A stretch of DNA of 63,468 nt, the filler included, from Octopus bimaculoides (lineage: Eukaryota): assembly GCF_001194135.2 (NCBI RefSeq). It is 6 parts of 5 records of this genome, joined end to end, with 100 filler letters (N's around TTAATTAATTAA, not from the genome) between each part and the next. Parts side by side here need not be neighbours in the genome. Positions count along the whole stretch, not along the records: positions 1 to 10,647 come from NC_069007.1; positions 10,748 to 19,680 come from NC_069006.1; 4 more parts are not named here. The stretch is one strand, 5' to 3'. Below, one piece after another: positions 1 to 14,901 of this stretch (positions are counted from its first letter, which is position 1; each line of letters starts with the position of its first letter). The notes beneath the pieces are model-generated. The model did not search any database, had not been told where the DNA came from, and saw only the letters and a program-made list of their open reading frames with translations. The position numbers and the translations under genes were made by a program.

Positions 1-188
<188 letters not shown>

Positions 189-519
189 TCTCGTTTACTC
201 GTTTCAGTCATTATTGAACCGCGGCCATGCTGGGGCACGGTCTTAAACGGTTTAGTCGAATGTACCGACCCCATAAGCCTGGTACTTATTCTGTCCGTCT
301 TACGCCGAACCGCTACGTTGCGGAGGCGTAAACAAACCAGCATCGGTTTTCACGCGGTGATGGTGGGGAGATTCGCACACACACACACAATAAACTAAAT
401 TATGCATTATATAATATGTATATATTACATAAAGTGCGGCTCGAGTTTAAATGTCATTGAGAACTTCAGGTATGAGACGTTACGCGCAAGGAAAACGAAA
501 TTCAATATCATCTAAATAA

Positions 520-599
<80 letters not shown>

Positions 600-972
600 C
601 GCCGGCAATGTTCGAAACACTGCCTAGACATCATGTAGTCTTTCCCTTTCGTTGTACGTACATACATACATACATACATACATACATGCATACATGCATG
701 CGAGGGTGAATACTTTAGGCCGATCGATGTGTAATAAGAGAAACATCATTATCATTATCATCTTCACTAGCATCTTCATCATCATCGTCTTAATAATAAC
801 CACCATCATTATCATCAACATCACAACCATGGTTATCAGATGAAAACAAATGGTAGGTCACACGCCGAAAAACAGCATCAACACCCACCCCACCGTATAA
901 ATACATACATACACACACACATATATGTATGTGTGTGTGTGTATATTATATATATGTATATATATGTATATA

Positions 973-1042
<70 letters not shown>

Positions 1043-1819
1043 ACGTACGGCGGTAACATTTATCTTAAGTTTCAGTCGTCAGACGGCGGCCATGCTGGGG
1101 CACCGCCTTCAAGGCTTTTTTTTTTTAACTCGAAAAAATCGACCTCAGNNNNNNNNNNNNNNNNNNNNNNNNNNNNNNNNNNNNNNNNNNNNNNNNNNNN
1201 NNNNNNNNNNNNNNNNNNNNNNNNNNNNNNNNNNNNNNNNNNNNNNNNNNNNNNNNNNNNNNNNNNNNNNNNNNNNNNNNNNNNNNNNNNNNNNNNNNNN
1301 NNNNNNNGTAAGAAAAAAAACAAAAACAAAACAAAACAAAAAAATAACTCAACACCGGTTGTCAAGCAGCGATGAGGAAGAAAGATAAAGACACACAGAG
1401 AAATGTATACAAACACACACACACACACACATCTATCTATCTATCTATCTATATATATATATATATACACACATGCACACACACACACACAACGGTCTTT
1501 TTCCAGTTCCATCTACCGAATCCAGTCACAGGGCTCTGGTCGGCCCGGGGCTATAATAAAAGACACTTGCCTAAGGTGTCACGCAGTGGGACTGAACCCA
1601 AGTACACACGATCGGGGAAGCAAGTTTCTTTTCCCTTTCCTTTTTTTTTTTCTATAATAAAAACAATATCTATATACATCACATACCTGTGCGATTCTTC
1701 CATTGTGTGTGACTGTGTGTATATTAGATGTCATATAGATGTGAACTACGTTGAGAAATGTGTGTATTACGTCGTCGATGTATATTTATGCGTATATATA
1801 TATGCGTGTGCGTGCGTGT

Positions 1820-1850
<31 letters not shown>

Positions 1851-2047
1851 AGGTAGCCAACTCAATTAATAGCGGCTCACAATTTTGTGATGTAATGTTT
1901 GTATACGTCTGTGGAGATGGTGGTGGTTGTGGCGGTGGTGATGATAGTGAAGTTTACTGCGGGGGTGGTGGTTGTGGTGGTGGCGATGTTTCGCAGACTA
2001 ACTTGTGTAGTGTACGTGTCTGCGTATTACATCATATATAACTTGCA

Positions 2048-2080
<33 letters not shown>

Positions 2081-2576
2081 CAGACAGACAGAGAAAGTGT
2101 GTGTGTGTGTGGCTGAGCCTGAAGCGTGTCTTTGTGTTTGAGTTCGTTGTGTGTCTGTGCCTCCGTCCTACAAAATGTTTGCGTCTACGTTACGTAATAT
2201 GTATGTGTATGAACCGAGGTGAGTGTCATGTTTGTATGACGTCACAGTAGTGGCATTTGGAGTTTAAAATGTTTGATAAGGAGTAATGAAGGAGAAGAAG
2301 GCTGAGAAAGATGGGGAAAATAGACAAGAAGAGTGAGCTTAAAGAAGTGGGAGAAAGATAATGAGGAAGAGAGAGAGAGAGAGTGTGTGCGTATGTGGGA
2401 GACTCGAGTTTGTAAGAGAATGCGTATGAGAGTGTGTTAGAGAAGTGTGTGTATGTGAGTGAGAGAGTATGTGTTTGTGAGAAAGGAAAAAAATATAAGA
2501 AAAGGTACGACGTATGACGAAGGGTGGTCTGAACAGCTTTATAAATTTCTGGGCAAAGCAATGCATTAATTATTCT

Positions 2577-2906
2577 GTTCTCTTCTAGGCACAAGGCCCG
2601 AAATTTTTGGAGATGGGGGTCAGTCAATTACATCGACCCAGTGTGTAACTGGTACTTATTTAATCGACTCCGAAAGTATGAAAGGCAAAGTCGACCTCAG
2701 CGGAATTTGATCTCAGAACGTAGCGGCAGACGAAATCCCGCTAAGCATTTCGCCCGGCCTGCTAACGTTTCTTATTTCTTTATTGCCCACAAGGGGCTAA
2801 ACACAGAGGGGACAAACAAGGACAGACAAAGGGATTAAGTCAATTTCATCGACCCCAGTGCGTAACTGGTACTTAATTTATCGACCCCGAAAGGATGAAA
2901 GGCAAT
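2577..2906 (-). mobile_element. SINE family C (GAGTTCAAATTCCGCCGAGGTCGACTTTGCCTTTCATCC); two tandem copies as representative
   Basis: Other copies at about 13540-14110 (three), 14520-14800(-), 16540-16740, 24840-25140, 27370-27500(-), 30080-30180(-), 32820-32940(-), 33900-34100(-), 59460-59900(-). Confidence 0.8.
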
Positions 2907-4504
2907 TTCTGAGGCTTCTACCTCACTCCATCCCGTTTTTCGGACCCCAAAAAGGGTTTTGTAGCATATTAGGATGTCACAGGAATTCATTCAAAGAAAA
3001 ATAAAAATCCTATGATTGAAACAAGTAAAAGATAAAAGAAGATAAAAGGCAAAAGATTTTTAGAGTGAATTACCAGACGGGTCACTATATTCTCCCTTCT
3101 CCTATTTTGCATTCACATGAATCCCCTACTCATGCATCCTCTGCCATCCCATTTATACCCACATCTTCATACTTCAAGAGAATGCTCTGGCACATCATCA
3201 CCATCTCTGTAGCTCTCTCCCACTCGTTCTCTCTCATTCTCACCGTCTCCTCCCTCCCTCTCTCTCTCTCTCTCCCTCTGCCTAGGGTAACCATTCTCTA
3301 CAACAAGACACCTGTTTTTGTCCCTCTGTCATCCTCTAGCCTCTCATCACCTGGCACAAAGACGACCCCTTCAATACTGCTCCCCTCTCAAAGGATCTTC
3401 ATCTTGCAAGTTACTTGGTGACCTCACTGCTGCTGGTGCCACGGAAATGGCATCCAACTCCAGTCTGTAGAGTGGTTGGCGTTAAGAAGGGCATTCAACC
3501 ATTAAAAAAAAACCATGCCAAAATAGACAGGGGAGCCTGGTGCAGTCCTTTCACTTGCCAGCTTCTGGCAAATAGTTCTCCGTATGCCAGCAAGGAAGAC
3601 GACAATTAAATGATGACGATGATGATGATGTGTGCGCGCATGCACGTACATATATATGTATACACACACACACACATATATGCAGTTGTGCATATAAAAT
3701 TATTTACGCACATGTAAATATATATGTATACACAGACACATATACATGTGTGTGTGTGTATGTGTAAGGTATGTATTGAGAGACAAATATCTACCACATA
3801 CCTAAATATACACAAACATACATCTCATACAATAGGTTCATATATATATATATATATATGTTTAAGTTTTAACTGCAGTTATTAATAAACCGTCTATTTG
3901 CCACAAATCTCATATTACACGCACTTACACACACAAACACACACACAAAAGCAACAGTCCTGTACAAGAGGTACCAACAAACGGGTTTACCTACAGCCAT
4001 CCTCGATGGAAGAAATAGCAGCCCCAAATCCCTCAAACCGCACCATTTCACCTTAAATAAGATACAACACAATAGAAAGATCATATAATCCGACTTACCC
4101 TTAAGAAAACGGGGTGGTCAACGCTGGAGTGCTTTTGTTTTTGATCATAAGTCTTCTGGAAGAGAATTGACCTGTAGTTTATTCGCCTTGCGTGGAATAG
4201 ATGTCAAGGCATATCGGAAGTATATTTGGTTTCAGGCTTGTTCTGCTGGGAGGGGTGGTGTATTTTGAAAGAGGTCAGCTTTTGTTGAAGGTTAATATTT
4301 ACGCGAAGATAGCGTCCTCGCGAAGAGTGAAGACGACAGAACAGGTCAAAGAGATTCGGGAGTCGAAAAGAGATAATACAGGGGAGGTAACTCTTAAAAG
4401 CAACGTATTTGCGTGTGTGAAGACGACTCGCATTTGGACCAGGGGAAATTGCTTGTAAACGTGGACATATGTGTGTGTTTGTTACCTGTGTATGTGTGTG
4501 TGTG

Positions 4505-4542
<38 letters not shown>

Positions 4543-4574
4543 CCTATCTATCTATTTATCTATCGATAGATATT

Positions 4575-4605
<31 letters not shown>

Positions 4606-4857
4606 TTATCTATCTATCTATCTGTCTGTCTCGCTACCTGCCTGTCTATCTTGGTAGCTAGCTGATTATCTCTCTATCTCTCTGTTTGTCTGCCTGCCTG
4701 CCTGTCTGCCTTGCTAGCTAGCTGATTGTCTGTATATCTATCAAGCTAGTTAACTGTCTGTCTATCTATCTAGCTAGCTAGCCAGCTAACTGTTTGTTTG
4801 CCTGTCTGTCTGTCTAGCTATGTATGTATGTATGTATGTATCTGTCTGTCTGTCTGA

Positions 4858-4892
<35 letters not shown>

Positions 4893-5009
4893 TCCATCTG
4901 GGGTTTTGGAAAAATTTTTATTCATTAAATTTGGAGTTATGTTATTATTTAGAATTTATTCAAAGCCTTGTGAGTGGATTTGGTAGACGGAAGCTGAAAG
5001 AAGCCCATC

Positions 5010-5083
<74 letters not shown>

Positions 5084-5327
5084 TTATACACACATACATA
5101 TATATACCCATTCATATTTACCTATTGTAAATCTGTTACGTATTTATTCAAATTCACCATATTATATATTTTATTACAGAATTTGTAAAATCTATGTCAA
5201 AAGATAATGTTTAGTCACGTAAACAGTCTGAACGTTTGATCAGCCAAACAAACACGATTGGTTGTTGTAATGTCATGGCTGATGAAATCAAACATTTATA
5301 ATTATAGATTTTGATAACCCAGCTACA

Positions 5328-5483
5328 AGCATGGCTGTGTGGTAAGAAGCCGACTTCCTAACCACATAGTTCTGGGTTCAGTCTCACGGCATTGCACCTT
5401 AGGCAAGTGCCTTCTACTGTAGCATTGGGCCAACCAAAGCCCTGTGAGAGGATTGGTAAACAGAAACTAAAAGAAGCCCGTCA
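5328..5483 (+). mobile_element. SINE family A (tRNA-like head, CCTTGGGCAAGT core, GTAGACGGAAACTGAAAGAAGCCC tail); representative copy
   Basis: Other copies or fragments at about 1490-1620(-), 4960-5010, 7890-7980, 10800-10890(-), 11305-11460(-), 15480-15640(-), 18000-18120, 40855-40975, 54865-55020, 61660-61950. Confidence 0.8.
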
Positions 5484-6009
5484 TATATATATATATATAT
5501 ATATAGTGGCTGCTTTCTCGTACATGAACAAAGCCATTGTTACAAACAATCATGGAAATGAATTATTGATAATGCAACATGAGGCCTGCCAAAGATTTGC
5601 ATATTTTATTGCAAAATGCACAGCTGTGTTGGCTGGCAGAAGGAACAGGTGCCACAGGTATGAAGTCTTTTGATGTGTATTTTTAATTTTCCAACTGAAT
5701 GGCACACATATATCTATGTGTGTGTCTTTGTGTCTGTGTTTGTGTCCTTCCCCCCACCCCCACCCATAACACTGCTCGACAACTGGTGTTAGTGTGTTTA
5801 TGTCACCTGTAACTTAGCAGTTTTGCAAAAAAGAGGCTGATAGAATAAGTACTAGGTTTTAAAAATAAACAAGTCCTGGGGTCAATTTTTTTGACTAAAA
5901 CTCTCCATGGCAGTGCCCCAGCATGGCCACAATCAAATCACTGAAAGAAACAAAAGTAAAAGGCAAAGGACAGATTGAAGTTAGCCACTTGTTAGAGTGC
6001 TTGAAGTTT

Positions 6010-6870
6010 AGTGTTGACAAAAACCAAATGTACTTTTTGGCTAACCCAATATACATACATACATCTTGGACCAGATGAGAATGTCAGCTACGATGGACCC
6101 ATAAATAAGGAGAAGACCAAGATAAAATATAAAATCGATCAGTTCACAGAGAGAACAGTACATGGGTACATGGCAATAAAAAAACTCAAACCAGAGAAGG
6201 AATTGATTGCGTGAAAAGCTTGGCAAGGAGTACTAGCAAGTTTAAAGACTACTTGCATGCAATCCAAGAACACAAGATCCACAGCAAGTGCCAACAGCAT
6301 AAGAGGCAAACAACAAATGTAGAGTTTGCATGAACAAGACTGAAGACATGAACCACATTGTTGCTAATTGTGAGAGAATGCCATCTAGATATTGTCTACC
6401 TATGAGGCATGATGTGGTGGCCGGAATGGCCTGGAATAGGATAATTAGAGAGAAAACATCTACCAACAAAGTCGACCATATCACGACTGATGAGTCAAAG
6501 GAATATTGGTGCAACTTAAAAATTAAAACAGCCAAGTTAAAATAGGTCTGGCCATATATTGTCACGTGGGACCACAAAGAAAAGATATGTTCTGTTGTGG
6601 AAATCAGCTGGTCTCTGGAAAAACAAATGCGGTAAGAGAAATAGAAGAGAAAGAAGGCATTTGTGGACCAACGATAAGGAGTTTGCAAATCCAGTGCCCA
6701 AGATACACTTTCAGTTTCATTCCTATTATTATTGGAGCAACAGGATACGTAGCATCCCATCTGTGTGGGTGGACTTGGGATCTTGGAGGAGAGAGAATGT
6801 TAACCCATAACTCATTTGCTACAAATGATCACAATATTGAGGACTATAAAACTCTTGAGATTTAAAGGTT
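6010..6870 (+). mobile_element. Non-LTR retrotransposon 3' fragment with CCHC knuckle and restriction-like endonuclease (R4/Dong/NeSL-like)
   Basis: CRVCMNKTEDMNHIVANC...MRHDVVA, PYIVTWDHKEKICSVVEIS, FIPIIIGATGYV. Confidence 0.85.
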
Positions 6871-8006
6871 GATAGGCAAAACAGGATGATATCCTTCACA
6901 ACCTTGCTATCAAATACATGACCAGCGAAAATTTACTCTCAATTAAAAAAAAGGGAAGAACATACATATATATTATATAAGCAGAAGAAATAAAAACAAC
7001 ACAGAACCATAAAAAAATAAAGGAAAATATGGCAGGTGGAAAGGTAGGTTAATTACGTAAGATAACAGAAATAATAAACCTCACTTTTAAGGAAAATGTA
7101 GAGAGAATGAAAGGGGGAAAGTGATAGATAGAGAGATATGGTGGTAGAGTGACAGAGAAATCTAAAAATAAGAGCGATCGTGGTGGAAGGACAAACAGAA
7201 GAGGAAATAAAATAGATAAAGTGTACACGTTTATGTAAATTGGGACAGAAGGAGAAATCAGAGGGAGAGGGAGAGAGAGAGGTGTGAAAAGCCTTGACAA
7301 GCGCTTGTTTAGTTAACACACGTAAGACACGGGTGACTCCTTCATTACATTATCAAGTAATGTTTGTTAATTACCGACCAACATGGACTGGAACAGGCGA
7401 CAAAGGAAGGACCTATTTAACTTGAAGCCCTTATTACGGATTTCTGTGTGAAAACAAAAAGACAAGTTATTTAAAAGAAGTGGGGGGAAAGAAAGAAAAA
7501 CAGGCGAAATCGTGCTATGAAATCCTACCACATCCTAGTAAATTCGTTATGGTTTCAGTCAGCAGAAATTGTATAAATAAACTATACAAAAAGTTATTTA
7601 TATAATTGATAAAAATACTATAATTTCGTAGAAATTTGTGTTTTATGAAGTGGTACGAGGTGCTGTTTTCCTAAACTCAAAACTGATAATTTTAGTGAAA
7701 AGTTTACGTGAGCAAATGACATCAATAGTTGGACCAAGACACCTGGATTTGAAATAAGGAGTATTTAACTAAGAGGTAAGTAAAAAAACAGGAAAGAAAA
7801 AAGTGTTTGAAACGATAAAAAGTGGTTTATATAATCTTTGCTACCATTATTAATATACGATTTGCGATTTAACTCCGCTTTTACTGTCGTTGTGTGACAC
7901 TCTGGGCAAATGTCTTCTTCTGTAGCCCAGGGCCGATCAATGCCATGTGAGTGAATTTGGTGGACGGAAGCCCGTCGTGTGTGTGTGTGTGTGTATGGAT
8001 AGATAT

Positions 8007-8500
8007 GGTCGGTCTATGGGGACCCTCTCCCCTTTCGGCTACGGGGAATACGAATCTGCAAAAAAATTGGTAAAACTCGACATTTCTAAATTACCACCCC
8101 CAATCCCATTTCCTCCATTTTTCACTTTTTTCAGAATTTTTTTTTTTCAAAATTGCGGAAAAATACGGAGATTATGATTGAGAAAAATTTCCAATAATTT
8201 TTGAAAATTGATTTTTTAAGATTTTTTTTTTTTTTTTTTTGCTAAATATGCGGAAAAATACGGACATTAGGACATTATGATTCGGACAAAATTTTCAAAA
8301 CATTTCTGGACTTACGGTTAGGGTTTTAGGGTTGGGGTTTTAGGGCTAGGGTTAGGGTTTTAGGGTTAGTGTTGGGGAAAAAAAGTCAAAATTGAAGAAG
8401 TTGGGGTGGGGAAGAGGGGAAAAATTCACAATGCCGATTTTTGGCAATTTTCCGGAACCTCCGTATCCGAAAACGGGGATTGTTTGGAGGAAATACCAAT
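8007..8500. repeat. Element containing degenerate TTAGGG repeats (8317-8375) with imperfect subterminal inverted repeats
   Basis: CCCCTTTCGGCTACGG near 8029 versus CCGTATCCGAAAACGGGG at 8461. A second TTAGGG-rich tract lies at about 35815-35910. Confidence 0.5.
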
Positions 8501-9851
8501 AAGGTATGTATACTAAAACCGTGAAGCATGTTCCGTAATAACCGGCTAATCAGATATGAGATAATAACAAGTCAAAGTAAATAACTCTGAAAAGGGCTTT
8601 CGTGCGTTCCCAGAGAATATTACCTCAGCAGCGCTAGTGTTGGTATATTCGTGAATAAGTCACTAACCGAAATAAATATTGTTTAGGAAATACTATTTAC
8701 TTGTTTAAGGGTTGTACTGGATAAATTGCGAAAATAACTCTATCAGTTCAAATACTAAGAAATAAGCATACTCAATTTGATCGATACCAAATTATTTAGG
8801 AAAATGAATGGGTTATTTCTCTTAGATGTTTAAAATGTAATATATTACTTATATGTAGTCAATATAAGGATCCCTTCCAGGGGCCCTATTATCGATTTTT
8901 TTTCAACAATCTAAGTATGTCACTAGGTTTCCAGACACAAGTTCTACTCACATGTCAAGTTCCATAAAAATCGATAAAACGGTGTAGGAGTTAGCTAAAA
9001 AAAAAAAAAAACCCACAAGCACACCCACAGAAAGAATTTACCACATATGTAGTGGATATATATGATTATGTGATTTATATATGTGTATATATATATATAT
9101 AGGTGAGAAAGTTGGTATGTGAAAGCACGTAGTTGGATGTATAAAAGATAATAACACATACATACGCACGCACACACACACATATATAGCTATATATGTG
9201 TGTGTATGTAGGTGTGTGACTACCGGCTTAGATAAGGAAATCCGGGATATACAAAAAACAAAACCCTAAAGAAACCAAAATAAAAGAAACGAACTTGATG
9301 GACAAGTGTTGAACACCTTTGACTATAGGGTCCGCAACAATAGGGTTGGTCTGTATAAATTGTACTTTTCACAACACCGCAACCCCCACCACCACCGCTG
9401 CTGCTGGTCTCATGAATTGCTTTTTCCCCAACCACCATCATTATCAACACCACCACCACCTCAACAACCAGTACGTCCACTACCGCGAGTATTGTAACTT
9501 CTCAGTAGTTGTCGAGTAACCTGTTTCTCATGCAAATAGCAACTACGTTCAATATCAACAAAAACCACTTTGGACTTTTATATATCAGGTAAGATAGATA
9601 TTCGCTTTTCTCGATTGGTAGAGTTGTCGTTGTTGTTCGGGGTTCAGGTAGGTCCTGATAGAGTTAATCAGGTATATCTATGATTAAAGGTATCCTAGTA
9701 TTTGACGATCGCGTATTTCTTTATTTTTCTTTTGTATATTTAGGACTGTATAATTCCATATGTGTGTTTTCTTTCAAGACGGTCTGGTGTGATATGAGCG
9801 AAATTTGGTTTCTATTTTTAGCAGGGTAAGCGAACCATTCGGCTACTCAAC

Positions 9852-9910
<59 letters not shown>

Positions 9911-10014
9911 GTCTGTCTGTTTATCTATCTATTTACCTGTCTGTCTGTCTATTTATCTATTTACCTGTCTGTCTATCTATCTATTTACCTGTCTTTGTCT
10001 ATCTATTTATTTAC

Positions 10015-10074
<60 letters not shown>

Positions 10075-10647
10075 ATATCTATCTATCTATCTATCTATCT
10101 GTTTGTCTGTCTGTCTATCTATCTATTTGCCTGTCTGTTTATCTATCTATCTACACACACGCGCTCGCTAATCACGAACAGTGAAAATGGGTACTCAATA
10201 TCACATTTGTGGATAAATATTCTTTATTTGTGGATAACCCACAAACAAAAAAAATGTCTGTGTGTTTATTTCAACAGTCCTACACTCTATATTCTCAACT
10301 TTAAATTGCTCTCGCTTTTCTATAACTTTCTATTATGACAGCCTTTGTTACAACAAAAGATTTATATCAGTGTAGAAAACTAAAGCGGTTTGTTCAGGAT
10401 GACCTAACTCATTAACCGTACAATAATTCCTGAATAATTAAGAAATGTGTTGTTTTCCTTCTTTTTCTTTATTCACATTGTCATTAACGTTCTTTATCTA
10501 AGTTTTCATTATGTAAATGATGAAAATTGAATTTTGAAAAGACACCTGTTGCATCGCTTTCTTAAGCTATCTTCTTCATTTTTATCTATCGCATGACGAT
10601 AATTCTGGGCGCATATTTTTAGCGTGAATTGTATGTGTATTATATAT

Positions 10648-10747
10648 NNNNNNNNNNNNNNNNNNNNNNNNNNNNNNNNNNNNNNNNNNNNTTAATTAAT
10701 TAANNNNNNNNNNNNNNNNNNNNNNNNNNNNNNNNNNNNNNNNNNNN
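10648..10747. other. Assembly spacer N44-TTAATTAATTAA-N44 (artefact)
   Basis: The same 12-mer sits inside N runs at 10692, 19725, 35471, 56464 and 62292, and gives stops in all six frames. Confidence 0.95.
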
Positions 10748-10802
<55 letters not shown>

Positions 10803-13800
10803 ACATACAAGCTTCTTTCAGTTTTCGCTTACCAAATCCAGTTGAAAGGTGAACCGAGACTATACGAGATAACATTTGCCCAAAGTGCCACGGTATAGCC
10901 ACTATACAGGCTATCTCACTCTAACGCTTGGCAGACAAAACAACCGAAAGTTAGGTGACCGCAAGGCTATACATACTGCAACTGATATAAAAGACGCAGC
11001 GACATATTAAATGCATATTTAGTGCATTAAATCTTGTAATATTTAAAGGCACATGAGCAATAATGCATCAGTCCATGTACATATTACTAATGGCAGTCAT
11101 TTGAGTGCGGCCATGCTGGAGTACCACCTTCGAGAGTTTTTAGTCGAAGAAATCGAGCCCAGGACTTATCCTTTGTAAGCCTAGTACTTATTCTATCGTG
11201 TCGCTTTTGCCGAACTGCTAAGTAACAAGAATGGGAAGACACCAACATCGGTTGTGAAGCGATGGTGGAGCGATAAACACACACACACACACACGTATAC
11301 ATATGACGGACCTCTTTCAGTTTCCGACTACGAAATCCGTTCACAAAGCTTTGGTCGGTCCGAGGCTACAGCAAAAGACACTTGCCCAAGGTGCCACGCA
11401 GTGAGACTGAACCCGGAACCATGTGGTTGAGAAGCAAGTTTCTTACTACACAGTCACACATAGTTTTCAAGAATTGTTGTTAAACAACCTACGTCCTAAT
11501 GGAACCTGAAATGGAATCGCCCAATTTCATTATAACCGTGTGGGGTGTCACACTCTTTGTTTCATTTCTTCTTCTTTTCTAAATTTACAAATCTTTCGTA
11601 TTTTTCTTTTTAACCAATCAACTTTCTGAAAGAAAAGAATAATAATAAGAGTAATCATTATTTTATTCTTCCTACTTTTCCGAATTTTGATGCCATTACA
11701 TCCACCGCTAGTTTCATAGATGTTTTTCTAATCCGCCAACCACAATAAAAAAAAAAAAAAGCAAAAAACATTTTCCAACATGGGTAACGTCTGCTCTTTC
11801 GCCATTTGCCATTCGTCAGAAGAGAAACCAGTAATGAAACCATTATTCACTCTTCCTTATCTTCGGCCACACAATGGGCATCTGACCGTCACCCCAGAAG
11901 AGACACGACGAATTCTACGGAAATACGACGAAACCATGCGTAGGTCTTCACCTACGCCAAGTCGCGACGACGTGCGCAGTCTCGTTAACTTTCGTAACCA
12001 GTGATTGCAGACAGCTAACCTAACGGAGTAGAACGACTGATGCCAGTATTTCTTCCGTTTCTTCTGTCATTCCATTTTGAACGGATTGAAGCATGTCCCT
12101 CGCTTTCATAACTTCTGTCAAACCGTATGTTCTGTTCTGTGTTAATTTTCTGTACGAGTTTAACGTTGTAATAATACGTGAAACAATATTTTGTGTTGGC
12201 ATCTCTGGACATATTTATTTCTACCTATATCTTAATATTGGTAAACTGAGGAAGTTTCACAAAATTTAATTCAAGGCAACAAAACGAATGAATACAAAAT
12301 GATTACAGGGACAGTTTTAAATATGAATCCCCCTCGTCCATCCTCTCGCACGTGAGTTCTATTTTTGCCAAGAATGTTGTCTAAACTTGTATATAGTTCT
12401 CTGTAGGAATTGAAACTTCCACCACAATGTTTTCATCTTGTCTTTGTTTTTAGAACACAATTTTGTTGTAATAAAATCTATTTTTAATGTTTTACTTAAT
12501 CTCTTCGTTGTGTTAAACTTACCCCCCCCCCCACACACACACAGGTTGGTAAAATCCGCATAAATGAAAAATCAATTTTGCTGGTCAGGATTTTTTTAAA
12601 TTTTCCTTTTCTTTCGTGTTGGTTGTGTGTTTGAGATTCTCGCTTTCCAATCACATGGCTTCGGGTTCAATTATAAATTGTACATTGCTGTTTTTTTCTT
12701 GTTTTTCTGCCAGAGTAATGCATTTCCCGTTGTTAAATTTAATTCTTTGTTTAACAAAACGACACAGAACTTCAAACGTACTAAGCATTCGTACTGGATT
12801 TCCAGATAAACTCATTCATTTTCTTTTCTTTTTCTACTTGGTATTCCATCATATATGTGAAAAGAGGTAAAATTTCTTCAAATTTTAAAACTAACAAACG
12901 AAATTTATAGAAGAATAGCGCCACAGAAAACAAAATATCCATAAAATACGATAAAAACTGGGTTAATTCAAATAACCGTTGGAAAGAATTAAAATAAACT
13001 GAGTTAGTTGGAGGGGAGGACGAACGAATTTATCTGCCCTTCATTCGTAAGAATATTTGTTGCATTTATATTGCTTTTTAAATGTTATATACGTCATAAG
13101 ACGGCGGCATATTTATCTTTTCAAAAGCTGTATACCGGAATGGATGAATAAACTTTCTATAGCATTGATTAAAGACTAAAAGCTCCGTAATAGAAAAGCA
13201 GCTATGGAAAGAAAGGTTAACTTCGTATTATTGCAGAGTTTAAAGCAATGTAATGGACGTAGAACATTTGCAGCGGAATTCTAAAAGCAATGTAAAAACA
13301 AAAATAAATTCCATGGAGCGAACTCTGGTTTCCGTACTACAAATGTTTACAGGAAGGTTCTTGAGGTCGTTTTTAAAACATTTAAAATCGTCTTTCCTTT
13401 CTATTTAGCCATCATGACCAAGGCACCATCTTGTTTTTTTATTGCTAATTTTTTAATAATAGCTTGGTCATATAAAAAAAAAAAAATCAGTGATCGAGTA
13501 TTGAAGTCGATACGTTCGACCAAAATTATCCAGTATGGTGCCCCAGCATGGCTGAAGGCAGTGAGCTGACAATTGTTAGTGTGTCGGACAAAATGCTTAT
13601 CGGCTTTCATTCCGGCTCTTTACCCTCCGAGGTCAAATTCCGTCGAGTGGAATTTCTCTAGGGAGCTCATAAAATAAACACTAGTTAAACACCGGGGTCT
13701 TCTACTCTAGAAATTCAGGCCGTCTACTCATTGTAGATAGGATTATTATGGCGGCTTGCAAACAGACTCGTTACTGCGACGGAGAAAATGATTAGCGAAA

Positions 13801-14901
13801 TTTCAACGTTCTGAGTTCGAATTCTGCTGAGGTCAACAAAATAGATTATTACTCGAGTGGCTATGGTCGATGTAATCAAGTTACCCCCACCCCCACCCCC
13901 TACAATTTGCTGCCTTTTTGCCTAAACTAATCTATTCAGGCAGAGAGCTGACAGAACCGTTAGTGCGTCGAATAAAATGCTTAGTGGCATTTTTCTGCGG
14001 CATTTTATGTCCTGAGTTCAACCTTGCTTTTCATCCTTTCATGGGGGATAAAATAAAGTACCATTCGAACACTGGGGGTCAATATCCTTGACTTATCCCT
14101 TCGCTTTAAATTGATGCCATGATAATTTTTTTTTAATTTTTAAGAAAACCTTTTCTGTTTGCCAGTCTGGAAACTCTATCGGTTTCGCCCTCTCTCAACT
14201 TATATTCCTTTTCTTGATTCTGTTGTTAGACTCTGGCCATACTGGGGCACAGCTTTGAAGTATTTAGGCGAATATATTGACTGTTCATAAGAGTTGATCG
14301 ATAATGAGGTGCCGCTTCAATACACTATCGATTTCACCACTAAGAGAGTTGAATGACAAAAACAAAACAAAAAAAAAAGTATCGGATTAATTTCTAACCG
14401 TTGACAGAACATTGTAAATTTCAGTTTATTGTTCCAATTCTCTGGGTCTGGATTCAAATCCCAACAACAAGGTCGACTTTGAATTTCTTTCACCAATTAA
14501 CTTAGCATATTCTTTTCTACTCCAGCTACAAGGCCCGAAATTTTGAGTGAGGAGGGCAGTCGATTAGATCTACCACAGTACACAACTGGTATCTAATTTA
14601 TCAACCCCGAAAGGATGACAGGCAAAGTCGACCTCGGCGGAATTTGAACTCAGAACGTAAAGACAGGCGAAATACCGATTTCTTTATTAGGCATAAAGCC
14701 CTAAATATAGATGGGGACATCACAAGGACAGACAAGACCACAGCGGGGACAAAAAACATAAAACGAATGTAAATGAAATGAAAGTTATATAAAAATGAAA
14801 ATGACCTCACGGGCCCCACTCTCATTCAGTACCATTTGAACCGTTATATGTACCATTTACAATTGTTCTTTTTTTTCCTTTAATTTCATACTTTTTTTTC
14901 T

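Noticed and set aside
8317-8375. True telomere or chromosome fusion site
   Set aside because: Short, degenerate, single orientation and embedded in a dispersed element.
10692-10703. Recurrent TTAATTAATTAA motif
   Set aside because: Always centred in 100-bp N spacers; an assembly linker, not biology.
13540-14110. CRISPR-like repeat-spacer array
   Set aside because: These are tandem degenerate SINE copies in a eukaryotic genome, with no fixed repeat or spacer length.
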